Assembly: GCA_022750375.1 (NCBI GenBank)
Contig: JAKIVU010000005.1
Coordinates: 4,288-68,287 of the forward strand
DNA length: 64,000 nucleotides
Direction: 5' to 3'
From: Thermoplasmata archaeon
GTDB taxonomy: Archaea; Thermoplasmatota; Thermoplasmata; Lutacidiplasmatales; UBA184
Position numbers and translations under genes: made by a program. This document shows, in pieces, positions 54,393 through 61,682 of the stretch (the first letter of the stretch is position 1; each line of letters starts with the position of its first letter). The notes below the pieces were generated by a model, which was not told the origin of the DNA, made no database searches, and saw nothing but the letters and a program-made list of their open reading frames with translations.

Positions 54393-55928
54393 CTAGAGGG
54401 GGGCGTCGTCGTCGTCCTCGTCCTTGCACGAGAAGAGGGAGTACTCCTCGAGGAGTCGGAAGATGTTGGCGGCGACGTCCATCGGTGGCACGGCAGTCGC
54501 CGGATGCTCCCGTTCGGTCACGTACCGGACGAACGTCCGGAACTGGGGAAACACGGTGGTGTCCGAGGCGGCCTGGGTCCGCAGCTCGGCATCATCCTTG
54601 AGCCGGCGTCCCTCGCCGACCAGCGCTTGCGCGTCGGCCGAGCTCTCCTTCAGTACTCCCCGGTAGAACCGGCACCAGTAGACGCCGGCGCTCCGCTTGA
54701 GCGACGGGTCGAGGTACTGGTCGATGAACTCCGCGACGCGCTTCTCGTTCTGGCGGAACGAATCGCCGCTGCGCGCGCGGATCCGCCCGCGCATCGCGTG
54801 CACAAGACCCGCCTTCAGGTCCGCGCTCGTCGGGACCGGGTGGTCCGCGAGCACCCCGATCGCGGCGGTTCGAGCCGCGACATCGAGCAGCGTGCGGTTC
54901 GACCCGACCTCCCCGATGTCCGGATTGTCCTCGCTCATCCGCAGGCGCCACGCTTCGATGACGCGGACCCCGGCATCAGTGAGCACCTCTGGAACGTACT
55001 GGGTCGGGTCGTCGCTCCGTCCGAGGGCGACGATCCGACGGTTGTCCGCGTGGCGGTCGTTGTACCCGATGTGCAGGCTGGTGAGACGGTCGGACAGCGG
55101 GTCGTTGATGTTGTCGAGGTCCGAAAGGTTGGACGTGCAGACCGCGACGAACAGTCCCGGGAAACTCTCGCGCGACTTGGAGGGTGTTACGGTCCCCTCT
55201 TGCAGCGCCTGGAGCAACACGTTCTGGGTGCCCAGCGGCAGCTTTCCGATCTCGTCGACCAAGAGGAAGCCGCGATTCGCCTGCAGCAGTTTTCCAGGCT
55301 CGAAGACGAGCGGGCTCATCGGGTCGCCGACCTCTTCGAGTTTTCGAAGGTTGATGTTGCCGGTCAAGTGGTCGGGGAAGACCTCCGAACTGCCCTGCAG
55401 TCGGGCGTATCCGTACCCTTCCCGGAGCAGCACGTAGCTGGCGGGGACCTTCGCCGGGTCAACCGACGCAGGGTCGAACCGGGTCGGGTCGCCGTTCGGT
55501 GCGAATCGTCGCTCGCAGATCGGGCACGCCGGGAACCGGGCGGCGACTGCGGGGTCGACCATGCTGAGCGGATGGTCCTGCACCGGGCAACCGTCGACCG
55601 TCCAGACTCCCTTGGGGAAGAGGTTCCACAGGTCCTTCGCGAGACTCGTCTTGCCAGCGCCGGACGGCCCGAAGAAGAGCACATGCGCACCCGAGACGAG
55701 GGCCGTGAGGAGGTCCTCGTAGGTAGGTTCGGGAAGGACCGTTCCGGGGAACAACGCTCGGACCGCCTCGTTCCGGTCGAGGCCCTTTGCGCGCAACCCC
55801 TCGAGCGTCCGAAGGATCTCCCCCCGGAACCGTTCGGCCGGGCTCGCCACCGTCACGCGGGAGGATTTCAGTTGGGCGGCCGTGGCGTGAGTTCCGGGAG
55901 CCGGCGCCGGGAGGGCCGAATCGACCAC
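54393..55928 (-). CDS. AAA+ ATPase (Mg-chelatase/Lon/sigma54-interaction-like helix-2-insert clade) with an inserted Cys-cluster
   Basis: 511 aa. Walker A FFGPSGAGKTSLA, Walker B plus the following helix GFLLVDEIGKLPLGTQNVLLQALQEGTVTP, sensor-1 VAVCTSN, a CPVQDH...CPICERRF insertion, and an acidic C-terminus DEDDDDAPL. Confidence 0.8.
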   Translation of the reverse strand: MVDSALPAPAPGTHATAAQLKSSRVTVASPAERFRGEILRTLEGLRAKGLDRNEAVRALFPGTVLPEPTYEDLLTALVSGAHVLFFGPSGAGKTSLAKDLWNLFPKGVWTVDGCPVQDHPLSMVDPAVAARFPACPICERRFAPNGDPTRFDPASVDPAKVPASYVLLREGYGYARLQGSSEVFPDHLTGNINLRKLEEVGDPMSPLVFEPGKLLQANRGFLLVDEIGKLPLGTQNVLLQALQEGTVTPSKSRESFPGLFVAVCTSNLSDLDNINDPLSDRLTSLHIGYNDRHADNRRIVALGRSDDPTQYVPEVLTDAGVRVIEAWRLRMSEDNPDIGEVGSNRTLLDVAARTAAIGVLADHPVPTSADLKAGLVHAMRGRIRARSGDSFRQNEKRVAEFIDQYLDPSLKRSAGVYWCRFYRGVLKESSADAQALVGEGRRLKDDAELRTQAASDTTVFPQFRTFVRYVTEREHPATAVPPMDVAANIFRLLEEYSLFSCKDEDDDDAPL

Positions 55929-56079
55929 GTCGCGCCGAACTGGGTTTGGGTTATTACCTTGCTCAGGGCGCGCGAGGACGGGAGGGGAGGAAGGCCCGAA
56001 TCCTTGCGGGAGATTTCCTCGTCAGAAATCCGCTCGACATGGTTAAGTAGGGCACCCCGCTCCGCGGCCTCGCGAAACG

Positions 56080-56799
56080 ATGGCCGACAAGGAAGGCCCG
56101 GCGAAGAAGCCGGCGATGGCCCGGACCGTCAAGGACAAGTGGCGGTCGAAGCACTGGTTCAAGGTCCGCGCCCCCGGTCTCTTCCAGCACGTGGAGCTCG
56201 GCGAGACGGTCGCGACCGAACCCGAGCAGGTGATCGGCCGCACGCTCGAGACCACGCTTCCTGAACTGTCGGGCGGCGGAGATTCCGGGAAAGCCCACAT
56301 CAAGCTGCGGTTCCGCATCGAGCGCCTCGGCGGCGATGGGGTCGCCGAAGCCCGGTTCATCGGCCACGAGCTGACCTCCGACTACGTCCGCCGGCTCGCG
56401 CGCCGGAAGCGTTCCAAGATCGATCTGTCCCTCACCGTGACCACGAAGGACGGGGTCCAGATCATCCTGAAGCCGGTGGCGGTCGGCGAGCAACGACTCC
56501 AGACCCGGCTCCGCGCCGAACTACGCCACAAGATGGTGTCGATCCTCCTCGAGGAGGCCGCGAAGCGGTCGTCTCCCGAGTTCGTCCGGGAGATGCTCCA
56601 GGGGGAGCTCTCGAAAGTCCTCGCCCATGGGCTGAAGACACTCTATCCGCTGAAGAAGATCGAGATCCGGCGGTCGGAAGTGCTCGGCACGATCGCGGAC
56701 GAGCTCCCGTTGCCCGAACCGACCGCCCTTCCCGAGGTGCCGACGGCCCCCGACGCGGTGGCCCCGGTCGCCGACGGCGGGGACGCCACGGTAGCGTAG
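56080..56799 (+). CDS. rps3ae: 30S ribosomal protein S3Ae (eS1)
   Basis: 239 aa. VKDKWRSKHWFKVRAP, GRTLETTL and SDYVRRLARRKRSKID blocks. Confidence 0.9.
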   Translation: MADKEGPAKKPAMARTVKDKWRSKHWFKVRAPGLFQHVELGETVATEPEQVIGRTLETTLPELSGGGDSGKAHIKLRFRIERLGGDGVAEARFIGHELTSDYVRRLARRKRSKIDLSLTVTTKDGVQIILKPVAVGEQRLQTRLRAELRHKMVSILLEEAAKRSSPEFVREMLQGELSKVLAHGLKTLYPLKKIEIRRSEVLGTIADELPLPEPTALPEVPTAPDAVAPVADGGDATVA

Positions 56800-56833
56800 G
56801 GCTGGAGCACGCCGGATGGCGCGTCCGTTTCCT

Positions 56834-56935
56834 GTCGGAGTGGCTCAGCCCGGTAGAGCACGGGACTCATAGCGGGACGCGCTACGCGTCCCGGGAGAGA
56901 TCCTGGGGTCGGGGGTTCAAATCCCCCCTCCGACA
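56834..56935 (+). tRNA. tRNA(CAU), elongator Met or Ile2, with a 28-nt intron at 37/38 (intron 56872-56899)
   Basis: Acceptor GUCGGAG/CUCCGAC, D-arm GCUC-AGCCCGGUA-GAGC, anticodon stem CGGGA/UCCUG with CU-CAU-A, T-arm GGGGG-UUCAAAU-CCCCC, discriminator A. The intron contains the hairpin GGGACGCG-CUA-CGCGUCCC. Confidence 0.85.
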
Positions 56936-57116
56936 TCTTTCGACGATTTCTCGCTGAGTTACGACGACACTTGAATATTCGCGCGTGGCGGATTTGAACA
57001 TTTCAGCCGCACGTCCTCCGCCCTCTCGACTTTGAGGTGGTCTCTGCCCCAGTTCGGGAGGATACGCATATGGACCACGGGAGTGATTTCCAGGAGCGGG
57101 CTCGCCCGGTTCAGGA

Positions 57117-57470
57117 TCAGCGGTCGTCGAATCCGTACTTGTGGAGTTGCTCGGGTATTGGCAGGTCCGAAGGCTGGTTGAAATCGATCCCTGTGATCTC
57201 TTTCATCTGTTGCTTGAACCAGAGATCGAACGGGTCGGTTGACAACGCCCACGCTCGGAAGGACTTGGGAATGTCCGGGGCCTCTGCATAGTAGACCATC
57301 AGGACCCCATTCGGTGTGGTGAGCAGGAACTGAGTGTCCTTCTCGAACCCGAACCGCTTGGAGGAGGCGTCGTACTCTGCATATCTCGGGCCGGCGAGCT
57401 GGTTAAGGAGGGTTCTCAGCGCCTCCCTCTTACCGGGGAGCACAGGAAAAACCGTCGCGTACTGGGCCAC
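57117..57470 (-). CDS. small conserved protein of unknown function, paralog 1
   Basis: 117 aa, GTG start. More than half identical by eye to 57607-57966 (FPVLPGKREALR.LL..LAGPRYAEYDA...DPFDLWFK.Q.K.ITGID.NQPS). Confidence 0.7.
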   Translation of the reverse strand: MAQYATVFPVLPGKREALRTLLNQLAGPRYAEYDASSKRFGFEKDTQFLLTTPNGVLMVYYAEAPDIPKSFRAWALSTDPFDLWFKQQMKEITGIDFNQPSDLPIPEQLHKYGFDDR

Positions 57471-57606
57471 ACCGATGTTCAGAGACCGAGCGTAGTTAAA
57501 CGTTCCGAGAATCGGTGGCGACAGCGGTTCTCTCAGTGCCCGGAGAGGGCTTTTCGGGTTCCCACGAAAGTGATGCGGGACCCTCGGGAAGGGTCGCCCT
57601 GTTGGA

Positions 57607-57966
57607 TCATCGATCGTCGAAGCGGTACTTGTGGATCTGCTCGGGCCATGGCCCTTCGAAATTCGAGGGTTGGTTGTAATCGATCCCCGTGATGTCCTTC
57701 AACTGTTCCTTGAACCAAAGGTCGAACGGGTCGTTGCACGTCGCCCAGTCTCTCCAAGCCTTCGGAATGTCCGCGCCTTCCCCATAGTAGATGATGAGGA
57801 CCCCCTGCGGGGTGGTTTGCAAGAACCAGGTGTCCCGTTCGAATCCCCATCGCCGCGAGGCCGCATCGTACTCGGCGTATCTTGGGCCGGCCAGAGCCTT
57901 TAGCAGGTTCCGCAGCGCCTCCCTCTTGCCGGGAAGCACCGGGAATACCATCGCCCATTGGGGCAT
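57607..57966 (-). CDS. small conserved protein of unknown function, paralog 2
   Basis: 119 aa, ATG start. Tandem duplicate of 57117-57470, including its upstream TATA region. Confidence 0.7.
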   Translation of the reverse strand: MPQWAMVFPVLPGKREALRNLLKALAGPRYAEYDAASRRWGFERDTWFLQTTPQGVLIIYYGEGADIPKAWRDWATCNDPFDLWFKEQLKDITGIDYNQPSNFEGPWPEQIHKYRFDDR

Positions 57967-58087
57967 ATCGAGGTTCAGGAGGGTGCGTTAGTTAAGAGTT
58001 CCGAGATTCCGGGGCAGTTTCGACCGGCGCTCCGCCGGATTTCCGACCTACCGATCGACTTCGAGGTTTCCCGGTTGGTGGCGACAC

Positions 58088-61000
58088 TCACGCCGGCGGC
58101 CGCGCCTTCCGGGCTCGCACGCGTTCGATGTCCCGGCCGGCCCGGAGTTGGGTGAACAGTTCCAGGGCCTCGTCGAACGCACGGCCGGCGCTCCTCGAAT
58201 CCTTTGACTGTTCGTAGGCTACGCCGAGCGTGTACAAGGTCAGGGCCAGCTCGTACGGCCACCCGGCCTGTTTCCACCAGGTCACCGCCTCTTCGAGCGC
58301 GCGGATCGCATCCTGTGTCTGTCCTCGATGGGTCTCCCACGCGGCCCTAGCCCGCAGGGCAAGGCCTCGATTCGCCGGCACCGGGATTCGATCCGCGATC
58401 CGGTCCAGTCGTTCACGGAAGAGGGACGCGCGACGCTCGGCCTCCGCGCGGTCCGGAAGACTCAGGGAGACGGTGACGGCACGAGCGAGTGGCAGTGCCC
58501 AGAGCGTCGCTAGGATAGCGGGATATCCCCTCCGGTCGCAACGGACGATGCCGGACTCGAGGGCTGCCAAAGCGCCGGTGGGGTCTCCTCGCTCTTCTTG
58601 GAGCCACCCGTCCAAATAGCTCTCGTAGACGGCCTGCGCGGTGTCGGGACCCATCCGGAGCAACGTCCTCGTCGAGTCGAGCAGGGCCGCGGCCTGGTCC
58701 AGATTTCCCGCCATCAGCTCGAGATGGGCCCGGACCTCGGAGTTTAGAACGTTCGGGATCCCAACCTCCTGGTGAAATTGCGCTCCCGCTCGGGCACCGG
58801 CGGCCGCGCGGTCGACCTCCCCGGTCAACAACAAAACAATCGGCAACTGGGTCCCCTCGAATCCCATCTCGCTTCCGCGATCTCGAATTCGTTGGCACCA
58901 TCGAATTCCCTCGTTTATCGTACCGATCCCACCGACGGTATCGCCGTCCATCCACACCATTCCCCAAACATACTGCCATAGAACCGAGGGACCATCCACC
59001 AGGTTCTGCCGGCGCGCCAGCTCCAAGGCCGCGATGAGATTGCGGCGAGCTGTCTCCCGGCCTTCGGGGGGTTCGAGCCAAGCCAAGTCAACGAGCGCCT
59101 TCGCCTCAAGGTCGGATGCATGGGTGGCGCGCGCGACCGAAAGTGCTTGCTCTAGGAGCGCCCGCGCCGAGGGAAGTTGAGGGAGCTCCATTTCTGCGGC
59201 CACAGCCCCGAGGTGAAGGCAAAGGTCCGCATGCAACCGGCTCTCAGGCTCGCTTTCGACGAGCGCCCGGGCCTGGAGCATGAGGGCAAGGCCCTCCTCG
59301 AACGACCGTAACATCCATGCACGAATGGTGCCCGCCGCGAGCAGATTCGACCCGGCCGAGATGCGCTCGCCGAGCTCTTCGTACAGTCGAGCGGCCTCTT
59401 CCAGTCGGCTCGCGGCCGAGGAAAATTGCGCTAGAAACGGTGCTTCGTGACCCAGTGACTCCAGCAGGCGGGCGCGTTCCAGATTTTGCTCACGGGAGCG
59501 GCCCCGGCCCGACCCTTGGAGCTCGTTCATCAATTCGAGAGCGGTCTCATAGTATCGGATTGCCTCCTCGTGGGCGAAGACCGCAGCAGCTTGGTGCCCC
59601 GCGATGGCCGAGTACTGGAGAGCTTTCGGACGATCGTTTCCCCGACAGAAATGTTCACTGAGTTGGGCGGCGATCGCGTCCGGGTTACCGGCGTGCTTCT
59701 CCTCCAGTAGTCGGGCGACCTTCAGATGAAGCCGCTGGCGACGGGCGAGCGAAAACTCCCGGTAAAGGACCGCGTGGGTTTCGTCGTCGGCGAACCGGTA
59801 CATCGGGTGGCCCGGTTCATACTCCCTCTCCCGGAGCAGTCGGGCTCGAAGAAGTTCCTCGACGGAACGGATCAGCGACTCCTCCTCCATTCCGCTCAGG
59901 TGGAGGAGGAGGTCGAAGTCGATTTCCCCCCGGAGGACCGAGGCGGTGGAGAGAACGGCACGGGATTCCTCGCTAACCCGGCCGACCCGACGCAAAATGA
60001 GCTCCCGCATCGACGAAGGGATCCCGACGTCCGTGGTGAGCTGCACGGTCCAACCTTCGGGGCGGCGAACCAGTTGCTGTTCCTCGACCATGGACCTTAG
60101 GAGCTCCTCGGCGAACAGCGGATTCCCCCCGGTTCGCTCATGGACGATGCCCACTAGGCCTGGGAGCGGGGCCTCTCCGCTGAGAATCGCGGAGACGAGG
60201 CGTTGGGACGGCTCCGCGGACATCCGTTTGACCGGAACGTCCTGGAGCAGGTGTTCCTTTCTCAGTTCGGAAAGCATGGCACGAAGATGATCACTTTCCG
60301 TGACGTCAGAATCGCGATGGCTGAGAATCAACAGCAGACGAAGGGACGGTACCTGTCGCGCCAGGTACTCGATCAATCGGAGCGAGGCGGCGTCGGCCCA
60401 CTGGATATCGTCAAGGAGGAAGAGCAACGGACCTTCCTGGGAAAGGTTCCGGACAAACTGCGTAACACCCTCAAAAAACGCCAGCCGGGCCTGTTCGGCT
60501 TCGAGCGCCGCCGGTGAGGGACTCGGGCCCACGCGGTCGACCAGCTCCGGGACCAGCTTCACCACCGCAGCCTGACACTTGGTGCACAGCTTGTACAGCA
60601 ATGGGTCGGGCGCGTCCCGGACAAAACCCCGGATCGCTTCGGCCCACGGACCGTACGGGATGTCGACCTGGTCTTGAATTCCCCGCCCGTGGAGGGTGCG
60701 GAACCCCTTGGCGCTCCCGCGTCGAATTGTCTCTTCGGCGAGGCGCGTCTTCCCGATCCCGGGCTCCCCGGAGAGTGCGATCACTTGGCCACGGCCAGCG
60801 GCAGCTTCTTTGAGGGCTCCGTTTAGGGTCTCTACCTCCGCCTCGCGGTCCGTCCAAGGAGTGATCCGGGCGGCGGAGGGTCCGTGCCAGGGAAGGTCGA
60901 CGCTGTAGACGGAAATCGGGGTGTCGATGTTCTTCAGGAATGCGTGCTCGAGCTGGATGCACGAGTAGGGCACTTTGTTCCGAACCTGGTCGAACACGGG

Positions 61001-61402
61001 ACCGCTGATACAAATCCCCGAGGTCTCCGCGAGGGGCTCGATGCGCGCAGCGATGTTCACCGCATCTCCGAGGAGGTCGCCCGCTTGGTCGACGACGTCG
61101 CCGAGGTGGATCCCGATCCGCAGCTCCACTCGATCGGATGCGGAACGCTCGTTGTGTCCGAGGAGCGTGCGCTGCACGTCGATTGCGCATTCTAGGGCCT
61201 GTAGCGCACTGGGGAATTCAACGAGGAACCCGTCACCCATTCGGTTGACCTCTCGGCCACCATGAGACTGGAAGACCGGACGCACGAGCGCCCGCTGGAC
61301 TCCCAGAAGATGGATGGCCAGGGGCTCGTCCCGCTGGGCGAGAGCCGAGTAGCCCACCATATCCGTGAACATGATGGCGGCGAGACGACGGGTCGGAGCC
61401 AC
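58088..61402 (-). CDS. class III adenylate/guanylate cyclase domain - STAND/AAA ATPase - TPR repeat protein
   Basis: 1104 aa. N-terminal cyclase core (AAIMFTDMVGYSAL...MGDGFLVEF...IGIHLGDV...GDAVNIAARIE). P-loop LSGEPGIGKTRLAEE and Walker B LFLLDDIQWAD. C-terminal about 550 aa of TPR-like helical repeats. Confidence 0.85.
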   Translation of the reverse strand: MAPTRRLAAIMFTDMVGYSALAQRDEPLAIHLLGVQRALVRPVFQSHGGREVNRMGDGFLVEFPSALQALECAIDVQRTLLGHNERSASDRVELRIGIHLGDVVDQAGDLLGDAVNIAARIEPLAETSGICISGPVFDQVRNKVPYSCIQLEHAFLKNIDTPISVYSVDLPWHGPSAARITPWTDREAEVETLNGALKEAAAGRGQVIALSGEPGIGKTRLAEETIRRGSAKGFRTLHGRGIQDQVDIPYGPWAEAIRGFVRDAPDPLLYKLCTKCQAAVVKLVPELVDRVGPSPSPAALEAEQARLAFFEGVTQFVRNLSQEGPLLFLLDDIQWADAASLRLIEYLARQVPSLRLLLILSHRDSDVTESDHLRAMLSELRKEHLLQDVPVKRMSAEPSQRLVSAILSGEAPLPGLVGIVHERTGGNPLFAEELLRSMVEEQQLVRRPEGWTVQLTTDVGIPSSMRELILRRVGRVSEESRAVLSTASVLRGEIDFDLLLHLSGMEEESLIRSVEELLRARLLREREYEPGHPMYRFADDETHAVLYREFSLARRQRLHLKVARLLEEKHAGNPDAIAAQLSEHFCRGNDRPKALQYSAIAGHQAAAVFAHEEAIRYYETALELMNELQGSGRGRSREQNLERARLLESLGHEAPFLAQFSSAASRLEEAARLYEELGERISAGSNLLAAGTIRAWMLRSFEEGLALMLQARALVESEPESRLHADLCLHLGAVAAEMELPQLPSARALLEQALSVARATHASDLEAKALVDLAWLEPPEGRETARRNLIAALELARRQNLVDGPSVLWQYVWGMVWMDGDTVGGIGTINEGIRWCQRIRDRGSEMGFEGTQLPIVLLLTGEVDRAAAGARAGAQFHQEVGIPNVLNSEVRAHLELMAGNLDQAAALLDSTRTLLRMGPDTAQAVYESYLDGWLQEERGDPTGALAALESGIVRCDRRGYPAILATLWALPLARAVTVSLSLPDRAEAERRASLFRERLDRIADRIPVPANRGLALRARAAWETHRGQTQDAIRALEEAVTWWKQAGWPYELALTLYTLGVAYEQSKDSRSAGRAFDEALELFTQLRAGRDIERVRARKARPPA

Positions 61403-61574
61403 GGCTCGAAATCCGCTCCCGTTAGATTAAGTCCCGGTCCTGAAACAGGTGTGAGTCAACTCAGTGGGCAAAGCTCACCTCGCGCCCAGTAAGCCCAACC
61501 GTATCTGGTAGTCTTGCGATCGCGATTTCTTGATGTCGTGTAGTCCCGTATTCGCGCTTTCTTGCGGACCCCAT

Positions 61575-61635
61575 GTCGGGGACATGAAGAATTCAGTAGT
61601 GTCCCCCTCCGACACCCTTAGTCGATTCCGGGAAG
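61575..61635 (+). repeat. tRNA(CAU) 3'-half-like structured repeat, copy A
   Basis: GTCGGGGACA-TGAAGAATTCAGTAG-TGTCCCCCTCCGACA followed by CCCTTAGTCGATTCC. Shares the hairpin and CCTCCGACA core with copies B and C and with the tRNA 3' end. Confidence 0.75.
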
Positions 61636-61682
61636 AGCTATGGTGTGCCGGACTTTCGTCTCTCCCGAGCGGTGCTTCCCCC

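Noticed and set aside
56643-56936. 97-aa minus-strand ORF
   Set aside because: It lies antisense to the rps3ae 3' end and to the intron-containing tRNA(CAU).
61588-61593. A short ORF (MKNSVVSPSD...) appears to start inside each repeat, which contains a GAATTC site
   Set aside because: The reading frame is not preserved among the three copies. Copy B lacks the ATG and shifts frame, and copy A runs into the GNAT gene. The similarity is therefore at nucleotide level, not protein level.
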